Positions 12,239-25,528 of a stretch of 64,000 nucleotides of DNA are shown here, one piece after another. Location of the stretch: the NCBI GenBank assembly GCA_044892525.1, contig CM097885.1, forward strand, positions 14,944,001-15,008,000, read 5' to 3'. Origin of the DNA: Schmidtea polychroa. Taxonomy: Eukaryota. Every line of letters starts with the position of its first letter. Position 1 is the first letter of the stretch. The translations under genes and the position numbers were made by a program. The notes below the pieces were generated by a model. It did no database searches. It was not told where the DNA came from and saw only the letters and a list, made by a program, of their open reading frames with translations.

Positions 12239-12626
12239 CTAAATCTGTTTGCAAGTTATTAGGATGTCCGTCTTTAAATAAAATATTAATTGCCTTGGAC
12301 ATTTCTTCTGCAGATTTTGCCTTGACCGGTATTGCTCGTGCAAACCTGCTGTATACATTAATACATGTTAAAATATATTTATTCCCATTGTTAATTTTCG
12401 AATATGGTATCATCTCCATCAAATCCATTTGCCATAAATCGTCAATACCAAATGTTTTATACGCTCTTGTTGGAAATCTTTTCCGCATTGGTTTGTTCAA
12501 ACTGTACGCAAGCTGATCTGATAACCACTTCTGGGTTTCTTTTTTCGAATTCGGAACTCTTTTGTTTAATTTTGCCACTCCACCGAAACCGGCTTCGTCT
12601 TCTGGGTTCGTCCAAATCTTCTCCAT
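11514..12626 (-). CDS. Retroviral-type (rve) integrase with C-terminal chromodomain; 96-bp microsatellite intron 12143-12238
   Basis: DDE motifs WQMDL, QTDLG/KEFYN (restored by splicing) and VERFNRTL; chromo-like YYVKWHGY..SW. Confidence 0.94.
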
Positions 12627-12684
12627 TACAACAAGAAGATTTAAAATTAAATTTAATGTCGGGCAATGAAGGATTAGCACCCAT
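12457..12684 (-). CDS. Putative small N-myristoylated protein overlapping the integrase 5' end
   Basis: 75-aa ORF starting just after the upstream stop at 12688; MGANPS, CC and a basic cluster. Confidence 0.35.
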   Translation of the reverse strand: MGANPSLPDIKFNFKSSCCNGEDLDEPRRRSRFRWSGKIKQKSSEFEKRNPEVVIRSACVQFEQTNAEKISNKSV

Positions 12685-12687
12685 TGT

Positions 12688-13221
12688 TTATGATTGATTT
12701 CCTACAACTCCACCTAATAATGATAATGCCAGAGGTATTAATGCGCCAATAAATCCACCTTGTTGTTTATATATAATTTTTCTCATTTGCTTACGATTTT
12801 TATTATTTACTAAAGATAACAATGGTTTCCTATGTTTGCTCAATAAATGCTTTTTTGATTTACTGATTTTAATTTTGCCTTTGACTACTTTAAGTATAAT
12901 ATTGAGTAAATCATCGACAACAAAATTTGGGAATGATTGCAATATATTCATTCTTTTCATACTCGGGGCCTTTAACAATGCATTAAAAAATGGAAAACTG
13001 CGATGATTTTTAATTACTTTTTTACCGGCTTTACGGGTTTTACGGGTTTCACGTTTAGGTTTAGGATTTTTCGAAATAAGATTCATTGCAGAGAAATTTC
13101 CAGTTACAAGTTTTTTAGATGGTGTATAACTAGTTGTTGGTGGAACTTTTGGAACTTTAATACTCTTTTTAATACTTTTTCTTAATTTCCTAATATTTTT
13201 CACCCTTGCTTTTAGAAACAT
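12688..13221 (-). CDS. Very basic Polinton core-like protein with C-terminal QxGGF plus hydrophobic tail
   Basis: Lys/Arg rich; ends KQQGGFIGALIPLALSLLGGV. Confidence 0.78.
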   Translation of the reverse strand: MFLKARVKNIRKLRKSIKKSIKVPKVPPTTSYTPSKKLVTGNFSAMNLISKNPKPKRETRKTRKAGKKVIKNHRSFPFFNALLKAPSMKRMNILQSFPNFVVDDLLNIILKVVKGKIKISKSKKHLLSKHRKPLLSLVNNKNRKQMRKIIYKQQGGFIGALIPLALSLLGGVVGNQS

Positions 13222-13239
13222 TATTATTCATAGAGGTTT

Positions 13240-13866
13240 TCAACTTTGTTTATAAACCATGGCACCTTTTGGGTTGAAAATATCTGTTTTTACTCGTAAA
13301 TCATCGGGACATTGTTGTGTGAAATCAAGAAATATATATCCATGAGGTATTTTTCTAGCATCTTGAAATGCACTGATAAGAAAATTACGATTGTTAGGGT
13401 ATGCTTGACGTGCAAGAAAATCAATCACTGTTGCATCTCTAGGATTCTTGAAAATGACTAAATACTGTACATTTAAATTACGTGTTCGATGTGCCCCACC
13501 TTGATGAAATAGATTTTGAGTTATGAAAATAACTGTTACACCGACATGTCTGCTGATCTTTGTAAATAAATTATTAAAATCTTTTTCTTTATTAGCTTCT
13601 TGATACAAATCATCGATAATAATGACATCACCTTTCTTTAATCGGCTGGACCAGTTTTTATCGAATACCTTTACTATTTTCATGTTTTTTAATTTACAGA
13701 AACTTGATTGAGTTAATCCATGTTCTTCATCAGCACCCCTATGCCAATAAATCCTGTTGAATTTTGATTTGAATAAATTTGATTTTAGTAATTTACAAAC
13801 AAATAATGTTTTTCCACTACCACTCGGACCAACGATTTGGTATACTGCATCATTTCTTAATTCCAT
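13240..13866 (-). CDS. A32/FtsK-HerA type genome packaging ATPase
   Basis: Walker A GPSGSGKT, Walker B IIIDDL, SRH...FITQNLF, FKNPRD. Confidence 0.95.
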   Translation of the reverse strand: MELRNDAVYQIVGPSGSGKTLFVCKLLKSNLFKSKFNRIYWHRGADEEHGLTQSSFCKLKNMKIVKVFDKNWSSRLKKGDVIIIDDLYQEANKEKDFNNLFTKISRHVGVTVIFITQNLFHQGGAHRTRNLNVQYLVIFKNPRDATVIDFLARQAYPNNRNFLISAFQDARKIPHGYIFLDFTQQCPDDLRVKTDIFNPKGAMVYKQS

Positions 13867-13965
13867 TTCAAAGATTTTATAAATGGATATTTGTTTATAT
13901 TCGATGATTTAATGAACTCATGCTCAATTTGTATATAAAGACTAATTTTCATAAATGATTTAATA

Positions 13966-14403
13966 ATGTTAGCAAATATAAATTATCGAGGAAATTTTGA
14001 TGTATCGAATATGAGGTTCCCACCAGGGAAACCTCAGCAAATTATCGATAGAAGCGGGAAATATCCGATAATATTTTTCAAGACTGGTAAATGCCGAATC
14101 ATGGGATGTAAGAAACCTTTGGATATTAATAAATTACAATATCGAATAAATAATATTAAAATCCAATCAATTACCGTTACTATGGATATGGGACATAGTA
14201 TCAATCTATATAACATGTCGAAAAAATGTGATTGTATGTTTGAACCGGAATTGTTTCCGGCACTAAGACTAATAAAATATAACCCTATATGTGTCAACGT
14301 GTTTGCTAGTGGAAAGGTTGTCATGTTGGGGTTGAGAAATTTGGAGTATAGAGAATTTGTTGACAATGTTCGAAATGAGATAATTTCATTGGTCGATTTT
14401 TAA
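13966..14403 (+). CDS. TATA-binding protein (TBP)-like protein
   Basis: Two TBP repeats: IFFKTGKCRIMG and INL...FEPELFPAL...VNVFASGKVVMLG. Confidence 0.88.
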   Translation: MLANINYRGNFDVSNMRFPPGKPQQIIDRSGKYPIIFFKTGKCRIMGCKKPLDINKLQYRINNIKIQSITVTMDMGHSINLYNMSKKCDCMFEPELFPALRLIKYNPICVNVFASGKVVMLGLRNLEYREFVDNVRNEIISLVDF

Positions 14404-14473
14404 TTGGTTAATTTCTAATTGGTTATTGATTGATTTAAACAAACGGTTTTTTGTTTAGAATTCATTTTTCACT

Positions 14474-14891
14474 ATGTACAAAATACCAAGCTCTGCAACC
14501 CTCATGAAGGATATTGACGATTCCGGTAAATTTAAAATTTTTATTTTCACATTATTTACTATTTATTATTTTAGAAAAATATATCAAAGTTATGATCAAT
14601 AGAATAAAATATTATTATCCGCAAATCAATGAAATTATCAAGGATAGAGAAGCAGAAATAATTCCGGACCTCATTTTCTACAAAACACAAATTAGAATAA
14701 TGGAGGTATTTCACCAGTTTCTGTGGGATTTAAAGATAAACAGAAGCATCAAACAAATGGAGCCAGAGTACCAGTGCATCATCGGATGCTCATGCTGTGC
14801 CGATCGATATCGGCGATATGTCGAATGGGAGTTAGTGAAAACTCTGCGAAGGTTTCACTACTCCCGGATTGTAGATCTTGGATATGAATAA
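14474..14891 (+). CDS. Hypothetical protein, 2 exons (14474-14525, 14575-14891)
   Basis: A 49-bp GT-AG intron (14526-14574) joins MYKIPSSATLMKDIDDS to EKYIKV...; Cys cluster CIIGCSCC; AATAAA overlaps the stop. Confidence 0.65.
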
Positions 14892-15295
14892 ATGTATTTT
14901 TGTATCTGTTGTGTTTTTATATTTGAAATAGTAATAAATAATAGTAATAAATAATAATATTAATAATAATAGAAATAATAATAGTAATAATAGAAATATG
15001 AATAGTAATAATAATAGAAATAATAGTAAAAAAACATTAATAATAATAATGAAACACATTATTAATAAATCTGTAAATAGAACATATAACAAAACATGTA
15101 ATAATTAAAACATTAATAATAAAACACATAAATAATAAATCTGTAAATAGAACATATAACAAAACATGTGACAATGCAACATCAATGCATTTTGAATGCA
15201 ATTTTAAACAAAGACATGCTGTAATCTGATTGGTTGATAGACATGAGTCAAAGGTATAAAAACCCTGTAACATTTCAATTTATTCATTATTCACG

Positions 15296-15706
15296 ATGAC
15301 CAAGAAAATTTCAAGCACCGAAAAACCAAAAGAAATGGTACAACCAGTTCAAATGTTCCACAACTACAAAATGTATTTTTTGAAAGAAGAAATCAATATG
15401 AAATTGGTTGCACCAGTCAAGCTAATTCCAACTAAATTCGAATTCTTATCCGGCACGCTTTCAATGATTGATGTCAAAACTATTGATGATGTTTTTAAAC
15501 GGATAGATTCGAATCTATCGTGTAATCAACATGCATGGTTCAACAATAGATATGCAAGATTTTATGATGCTTTTGATGAAATCAGTTTCAAAGAAAATGA
15601 AAATTGGTATATAACAATAGCAATCCAGGGATATAAAGTTGATAATAATGATGTATATTCTCCTATTTGGAAAATTATGTCTGCTAGACTTTCACAAATA
15701 TTTTAA
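15296..15706 (+). CDS. Hypothetical protein, possibly an OB-fold ssDNA-binding protein
   Basis: Own CCAAT/TATA promoter and AATAAA. C-terminal ITIAIQGY..YSPIWKI..ARL resembles viral SSB strands (impression only). Confidence 0.55.
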   Translation: MTKKISSTEKPKEMVQPVQMFHNYKMYFLKEEINMKLVAPVKLIPTKFEFLSGTLSMIDVKTIDDVFKRIDSNLSCNQHAWFNNRYARFYDAFDEISFKENENWYITIAIQGYKVDNNDVYSPIWKIMSARLSQIF

Positions 15707-15832
15707 TGTTATATTTAATAAATGTATTAGTCAGATTTGTTTTTCTCTTTATTAATTGCAACATAAATGCAAATGACCTGCAAATTTAACAAAGAAAATC
15801 TATAAACAAAATTATAATATAGTTTTAAAGTG

Positions 15833-16218
15833 ATGAAAATGACTGCAGAAAAAGGTTAACATGATTAATTAATTACCGAATTATTTATTATTTAGAATTT
15901 TTAATCAACTTTTTGTTGGAAAAGTTAGCAGAAATATCTGGTGTGAAAATGGAGGATATATTATCTATTACAAATGCCTTAAATATCGGCTGGTTAGTTG
16001 AGAGTCAAGATACAGGATTTGATGATGAGGAAGAAACTCAAGAAATTGATGAGGAAGAAACACAAGAGGAAATGTATGAACCTATAGAGGAACCTATAGA
16101 GGAACCTATAGAGGAACCTAAAGATGAATCTAAAGATAATATTACGAATGATTGTATTGATCATGTCGTTGAAAATATAATGAAATGTGGAGATGACGAC
16201 TGCGAATGTGTTAATTAA
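15833..16218 (+). CDS. Small acidic protein with EEPI repeats, 2 exons (intron 15855-15895)
   Basis: A 41-bp intron joins MKMTAEK to EFLINFLLEKLAE in frame. Confidence 0.6.
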
Positions 16219-16286
16219 TAAATCTTAGTGTTTGTAAATTTATTTAAAATTTTATTTAAAAATCAAACAAAATAACTATATAAATT

Positions 16287-16801
16287 TTATTTAAAAAAAC
16301 GACATAAAACATATAAAATAGCAACACCTGTTGCAAGTTTTAAATAGTTTTTAAATTGGATTTTTTGCTGATCTAATTCTTTTGCATTTCTGGCGAGTCG
16401 ATTCAGCACGCCCCATCCGCCATTGGCTTCAATCCATGGCTGAAACTTTGACTTGATTATCTAGAAAATATATATTAATAAAATATAGATTATAAAAGTA
16501 TTACTTCTTGAGACCACTGATAATAGTGCTCGGAATCCAATAGGCTTTTTTCAATTATTATCTTCATATAAGCGAACCCTACTAATATTCGGGTCCACTT
16601 CATCTCCTCGTCGCATAAGCAATTAAATATTCTATTAAAATAGAATTTCTTTGTTTCGAGGGAATCGGAATTGAGGACGTCCTCATAATCAATGTGATTA
16701 CCTTCTATAATCTTTTCGGTCCGATCGACCAGGAAAATTAGGCTTTCCATAATATTCCTGTTGATGAGTTCTCTTAACATATTTTCCATTAAATTAGACA
16801 T
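16287..16801 (-). CDS. Bcl-2 family protein (156 aa), 2 exons (16505-16801, 16287-16460)
   Basis: BH1-like DEEMKWTRILVGFAY. After a 44-bp intron: BH2 PWIEANGGW and tail anchor YLKLATGVAILYVLCRFFK*. Confidence 0.87.
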
Positions 16802-17359
16802 TTTTACAATATTTTAAAATATGATGTTTTATTTATACTAATACCGGATGATTTTGATTGGTTGATAGACTATAAATGTAAAAGAAAGGTTTTGATTTGA
16901 TACACCATGAAAACTATATTCATATTGCTAATTATTATAACGAGTGTGTGCTCACACAATACAACAATAACAGTGGAGTCTTTTAATAAATCAATATGTG
17001 TTTGTCCGAATACAGCCAAGTTGATGGATATTTTATATATTCTCGACAAACCAAAATGGTCAAAGCATCCAGGAAAAAGAATATCTCAAAGATTGGAGAA
17101 TTTAGAAAACAGTTATGAACTATCATTTGAATATATACAAAATATAAAATTTGAATTGATTGATCATATTAAGGTTTTCAATAACTCTATTGTTGAAAAT
17201 AAAATGAATATGAAAATAATTGATAAGAAGCATGATTATTTGTTAAAAAAGATTGAATTATTATTAAGAGAAATTCAAACAATCAAAGGATCAATAGAAT
17301 CTCTGAAAATCAATTCAACGTTACCAATTTCTAACAATATTGCTGCGAATAGTACATCA

Positions 17360-18683
<1,324 letters not shown>

Positions 18684-20349
18684 TCAATGAGATTTTGGAC
18701 ATTTTTTTATACATGTTTTGAGTGGAAAATGAAAACATTTCAACTTTTCTTACTAATTACAACACTATGACAGTAATTAATACTTCTCTTGAGTCAAATG
18801 TTTTATGGAAAGAAAATAAGACGGCCTTTTATAGCACTACAGAAAAAGGTTTTGCAAAATAAGGTAATTTTTGATAGGTTAACTAATTCAACATCACGGT
18901 TGATCACTTCAAATGTGTCTTATCAAAGCATGGAAAAAGTCATTCAAGTTTTATTCAAATAATATTTTCCTCGAATTTAATTGAATATTTTAGGAAAGGT
19001 AACTCAAATTTGAAATTGAGATAATATATCACTGAATCTATTAAAAATAATTTTTTTATTCCTACTGAGATGGGTTTAACTTTGAAAATATTTCCAATTT
19101 TTTCTTCTACAAAGAACAATTATTACACAATTAAAAATTCAAACATTTAGCTATTATTAACAAGGTTGCTTAATTTCTTAAATAAATATCTTACCTTTAT
19201 ATTTATACTTCAGAAATTCTAAAAATTATTTTAAAAATTATTAAATCAAAAGCATGAAAATAAATTACTAAACAAATTAACAATTACTATTGAAATTTTT
19301 ATTACATTAAAAAATTAACTTAAAATAAATTAAATAAGAATAAATAGCGCAATTGATAGGCATTCATTTAATGTCATCTTGGCCCTTACTTCTCAATGTT
19401 TATGTATTAAAAAATGCCAAAGTGCAATTGATAATGGCTAATTGGACATTAAATAAAATCCAGTCAGTTGCGCTTTATGTTAATTTTAATATTAACGGTA
19501 AATTTTAATGTTAAATTATATGTAATTAAATGCTATATTTTCTTTTTTATTTAATATAAAAGTAGATGGATGGAGCACCGCAAGATCAGGTCTCCGCTGG
19601 ATCACATACCCCCTCCTCCTCCCCCCGAAAAAATTTTTTTTTAAATAAAAGGTCAAGGTCATATTATTATTTTTAAAAATATTATTATTGATCTAGCGGA
19701 GTCCTACATTTTGGCACCCCAAATGTTATTGTTCCCATCATTTTATTTCATTGATCGATAGCTCATATTGAAGCTTGGTGCAAGACCCTTCGAATGAGTT
19801 ATGGATGTCACCATTACCATTATTATTAGTAAGGTTATCAACAATTGAGGACCAGCATCTTTTCAAAGGTAAATTATTATTTTTCAAAATATTATTAGTG
19901 ATCTAGCGGAGTCCTACATTTTGGAACCCCAATGACTCATCCGATTACTCATCATATTTTTATAACAAAGACAATGACTCATCAATGTAATATTATTATT
20001 TTCCAAAATATTATTAATGATCTGGCGGAGTCCAACATTTTGAGACCCCAAACGTTAATGTTCCCTTTATCCGATTTTATTGAACAATAGCTCGTCTTAA
20101 ACCCGACTGCAAGACCCTTTGAATGAGCTATAGATATAATCATTAACATTATTATTGATAAAGATATTAACGCCCTCGTGAAAGATATTATTATCATTAT
20201 TATTACAAAAAAACAAAACAAAACTTAAAAATAAAATTTTCTATGTAATCACTTCTTATAACTATTACATTTAGTTTTTATCTCCCATTAAACTTAAAAT
20301 TAAGGAAACGAAGCCCAAAAATCTAGTTAGGGTGCGAAAATAAATTCTG

Positions 20350-20624
20350 GTTTGTCGTACTATACCGAGGTACGTTGGTTATCCTGCTCCAAGGTTCTCA
20401 AACAATTTTGGGATTTGAAAGACGAAATATGTCAGTTTTTAACATCAAAAAAATAAGACATCGCCTTGTTTTCTAATACAGTGAGGTGGCAAGATTTATC
20501 TTTTATGGTTGATATAACGAAACACTTATCCGATTTAAATTTGAAACTGCAAGGAAAGAATCAAATCATTACAAACATGTGTGACCAAGTAAATGCATTC
20601 ATATGTTTCCCCATTTTCTTCAAA

Positions 20625-20663
<39 letters not shown>

Positions 20664-20827
20664 AGAAAAAATGTTTTTTAGTTTTGTTGAGTTTTTAATT
20701 AAATAAATATTAACGTCTATGTTTCAGACTCCACATGTTCTGAAAAACAATTATTTATGTTGCGGCCCGCCGGCTCATGACACTAGTCTAATGCGGCCCG
20801 CATGCCAGTTTGAGTTTGAAACCCCTG
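20350..20827 (+). pseudogene. hAT (GTF2IRD2/SPIN-like) transposase fragment and right end inside the mini-Polinton
   Basis: YYTEVRWLS and MVDITKHLSDLNLKLQGK; end GCGGCCCG...GTTTGAAACCCCTG. Confidence 0.8.
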
Positions 20828-20949
20828 CTGTAAATTATAAAAAATGTCTAATGATGAAAATAGTAATGAAAACTATAACGATTTTTCGAAAATAAAAATT
20901 ATCTACATTATAAAATAGAACACCAAAATAAATGTTTTTAAAAGATTTA

Positions 20950-21300
20950 TTAATCGTTTAATAAAACATCGTCGTTATCGACGTCATTATCAATATTTAC
21001 ATCATTATTTACATCAGAATAAATATTGTCATCAGAATCACAAAAGCTCGGGCTCATTCCGCCAAAAAGAGAACCAACTTCAAATCTTCTGTTCTGTGAT
21101 TCATCCCAATCATCATCATCAAAGCTCGGGATCATTCCGCCAAAAAGAGGACCAATTTCAGATACATGGTCAACATCTGGAACGTCGACTCCTAAAAAAT
21201 GTCCATATGCGAGACTGGTATTAGGACCCACCCATAGCCGCTTGTCATCGTTGTTCGACAAGGCTATTTTACTATTCTTAAAAGTAAAGAGCTGGTGATT
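20950..21300 (-). pseudogene. pPolB C-terminal fragment
   Basis: HQLFTFKNSKIALSNNDDKRLW....LAYGHFLG is nearly identical to the tail of the 1529 PolB. Confidence 0.9.
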
Positions 21301-22347
21301 GACCTTGACCTTTTATTTTTAAAAAAAATTTTCCCGGGGAGAGGGGGAGGGGTATGTGATCCAGCGGAGTCCTGATCTTGCGGTGCCCCATCCATCTACT
21401 TATAAATATTTTTTAGATATTATGATAAATTTATAAATTTATTTTTAATATGGAGAAAAACTTCATATTTCTCTTAAAACGCCTTGTTTCATCATAAATT
21501 TAGGATAGAACTTTTTAATGTGATGATAGTAATTTCTTAAATTACTCTAAACTATTTTTTTGAGTTTTACATTATTTATAAGCATATTGCAGAAAATCTA
21601 TTATTAAACTCATTTTGCAAAATTCATGAGCTGAGATAACTTTAATCCTTTCTACATTTTTAATTTTACTAAATATAATTTAGGTGGAGTTTAAAAATGG
21701 GTTAGCATCATAGATATCCTCAAATGTATTCATATTTAATAATTTTAAAATTTGAAATTTGAAGTTTATTAAATTAATGTCCATTTGTGTGTAATTTTTA
21801 TTATGTAGATTTACTGAACAGTGCTTGTGTGTGTAGGTATTTATTTTTCTTCCAGCAGTGACTTTTCTATACATCTATAGTGTTAGCCATAATTTAATGT
21901 CATGGATTTTATTAAATGCCACTTTTGGCTATGACATATATACATTTATAATATGGAGGTTTTATTTATATTATTAATCTTTAAATCAATGTCCATTTAG
22001 ACATCTTCAATTGGCCTCTGGTGTATTGCTTAATGTGTTTGTGTGTTTTGAGGGTGTGTCATATTTTGTGTGTGTTTTTTATGTTTATTTACGTGCCCTC
22101 CCTTTGTGTTCTACGACGAATTTTCTTATTATTTGGTGTGTGCTTGAATGTGTCGGTATTATCGGAATTACCAAGTTTGGCTGAAATCGAACAGTTTTTG
22201 TGATTACGAATATTAATATATTATAATAATACTTATAAGCACTCGAGTATTTTCTTATTACCTGTGTTCTAGTTTCTAAAGAAATTATACTATGTTAGTA
22301 AATTCATTAAGGTCACTGAAGCAATCTTTGCTTAGGGATGTCATAAC

Positions 22348-24807
22348 TATAGTTCCTCTACCGGTAAAAACCTTTACCGTTTACCGGTAAATTGCGCATT
22401 TTTACATTACCGTTTACCGGTAAAAATATTTACTAAATTACCGGTAATACGGTTATTGTGCAAAATAAAAAAATATTATATTTATCCTATAACAATAAAT
22501 ATAAAAACCAGTAAAACTGAATTACTTAAAGAACTGTGCATGTGATTTTGTGATTTTTTATTTAAAATAAATAATATTTCGTAATACATAGAAACAAATT
22601 TTTAGAAACAAAAAATCTCGTAAGTAATATAAGATTTATCTATAACGTTATTGATTTATTATTAAAATAAAATTATATTGAAAAATTAATATTTTTTAAT
22701 AAATAGAATATTGTTTAAATAGAATATGGGTTCTTCAAATGTTTGGGAGCATTTTGAAAAGCGAAAAGACAGTAATAAAGAAGCTATATGCAGATTATGT
22801 AAAAAATCTATTAAATGTGATGGTGGTTCAACAAGTGGAATGATTTCGCACCTTAAACTTGTACATAAAATTTTGATCAAAAAAGCAGCTGATAATGATG
22901 CAGGTCCTAGTACTTCTGCCTCTACATTTAAAAAGGATAAAATATTAATATCCAGTTATTTACAACGTGAAACTTTAGAAGAGATTGTGTCTAGACTAAT
23001 TGCTTTAGATGATTTCTCTTATTATGGCGTCACAAATTCGTCTTTCATTCGGCAAAGTATAAATAAACTAGGACACAAGCTTCCAAAAAATTCAACGGGC
23101 ACGATGGAATTGGTAAAAGTTATTACGAAAAAATAAAAATACAACTTGTAGAACAATTACAGTCCAAAATTTCTATTGGGAAACGATTTTCGCTGTCTGT
23201 AGACGAATGGACAAGCATCAAAAATAGAAGATATTGCAATATTATTTTGTATGATGACAAAGAAAATGACAATCTTGGTTTAGCAAGAATAACTGGAAAA
23301 TGTGATGCAAAAAATATTCAGGCAATAATAAGAAACCGATTAAATGAGTTCAACGTATATTTTGATCATCATATTTTATGTTCAATCAACGATGGTGCAG
23401 CAGTAATGCAAAAATATAATAGAGAAAGTCCAGTTGAACCGGTATTATGCTTAAACCATGCACTACATTTATCAGTAACCAAGTTTTTCTACCAAAAATA
23501 TGTTGATGAAACTGACCAGAGTTCAATTGCAAATGAGAAAGACATTATTTTGGAAGAGGAATATGACAGTGACGCTGACATTGATGATGGTGACTCTGCT
23601 GAACCAGATAACCATATGATAATTGAAAAGATAAACGAGGCAATTGAAAATGATGAATACAGTCATTCAATATTTTTCATTCAATTGCAAGCCTTACGCA
23701 GCGTCATTAAATATTTTCGATTATCGTCATTGAAAAATGATTTTTTGCAAGAGAAGATAAAAATTCGACTTGGCAAAGAACTGGAATTAAAAATAGATAT
23801 AAAGACACGTTGGAATTCCATCGATCCCATGATAGAACGATATTTACAAGTAAAAGAAGAAGTAAAAGAAGCCTTAGAATATTTTAATTCTCTTCATTTG
23901 TTTTCCAGAAAAGACGAAAAATATTTGATAAACATTCAAAAAATTTTAGAGCCAGTTCGGATTGCCGCAGAAGCCTTAGCAAGAAATGATGCTATTTACC
24001 ACGGAAAGTGTAATTGAATTGTTATGTTCAACATTGGAAAAAAATACCGATTCACCAATAACTTCTAACTTCTTAGTTTGTTTGAAAAGAGAAATTGATA
24101 AAAGACGTAATATTAAATTATTGTCTCTTGTACAGTACATACTTCATCCAAAAAATTTAATGAAACGAAATGTTCACTTTGATTACTGTTCAAAGTTATC
24201 GACAGTGGCATTTGGGAAAAAATAATTGAAAGATTATTCAAATCAGATGAGTCAGCAGAATCAGATTCAGAAGATAATGTCGAGACCGACCTTTTAAATA
24301 CTGACTTGAAATCTCAATTTCAAAAAGCTATTTCTACAGCTATGGTTTCCATTTCCAGTAAACCAGTAGGATTATTATCATCAGTCCAGAAAGAGTTTTT
24401 ATTTTTTGAAGTATCCGGGTAAAAAAAGTCATAATCTCACACTTTTGTTCGAAGCTCTGCAAACCGCAAAACCAACATCTACAGACAATGAAAGAACATT
24501 CTCCATAGCGAGCCGAGTTTGCACTAAAATAAGAACTAGGTTATCGGATGAAAATTTGCACATTATCGTTTTCCTTAAATATTTCTTTTTGAAACAAAAT
24601 GTTAACAAAAATAATGAATAATTTAAATTTTTGTATTTAGTTCTTTTCTTGAATGATTTCTTTTATATAATATGTATGAAATAAACATATTGTAATGTTT
24701 TTTTTCAATTAAACCATGATTTTGTTTTAATTTCTGGTAAAATGTTTATTACCGAAATTTACCGGTTTTACCGGTAAAATAAAACATACGGTAATTGAGG
24801 AACAGTA
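22348..24807 (+). mobile_element. hAT transposon, full length, frameshifted BED-finger transposase (22726-24621), 8-bp TSD GTCATAAC
   Basis: VWEHF..C..C BED finger, DEWTS, DGA, CLNHALHL, TRWNS, ERTFS. TIRs TATAGTTCCTC/GAGGAACAGTA, subterminal TTACCG repeats, TSD at 22340-47 and 24808-15. Confidence 0.93.
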
Positions 24808-25528
24808 GTCATAACCCTTAAAAGCTGATTGTTGGGAGTTTATTGTTGGACACACAAGGACAAGAGGAGTTAGAACTATTTCAATAAAATTAGATATTGA
24901 ACACTCATAATGATACTATAATGCATGAAGATGAGACCACTTTTTTCTTTTTTTCCTGTGTTTTTAAAAAAGAAAAAAAATATTTTCGTCTCCGTGCATT
25001 ATACGATTCATCATCATTTAAATAATTTATTTTACAATAATAAAAATATAATAAAGTATCTATATAATAACTATTTGACGTATTAAAACAACTCAACAAT
25101 TTGAACGCTTCACTGGTTGCATCATCAGGTCCTCATTTCTCGTCGATACAAATACGAGAAATCCTGATAATTGCAAAGGGAAATTTTTTTGCAAATATTC
25201 TACGCACAAATTTGATTATGAATAAGTAATCAAATTGAAAAAGTAAACCTCTGGGCGAAATCTAATAAATTAAAAGTAACTTTCAAACAAATCTGCTTTG
25301 AAAAAACATTTTTAATTTAGCAATTAAATTTCCCATTGAAAATTTGTAATTTTTTTAAACTATTCGGTTTAGAAAAGGAATATATTATATATTATAAAAT
25401 TATTTTATATTCTGCAATTTTTCTTATTTTGAGAAAAATTAAATTTATTTGCGTTGATTGTACAAATAAAAAAATTATTTTTTATTTATTTAATTTAATT
25501 AACTAATTTTAATTTTTTTTATTTAGTA

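Larger units (their letters stand above)
19561..21400. mobile_element. Non-autonomous mini-Polinton (1840 bp), about 100-bp TIRs, 6-bp TSD TATAAA
   Basis: AGTAGATGGATGG... and ...CCATCCATCTACT ends; TATAAA at 19555-19560 and 21401-21406. Confidence 0.93.

Noticed and set aside
14034..14366. Antisense ORFs to real genes (also 3584, 11042, 11698, 12295, 12404, 13003, 21026, 57735)
   Set aside because: Shadow frames of well-supported opposite-strand CDSs.
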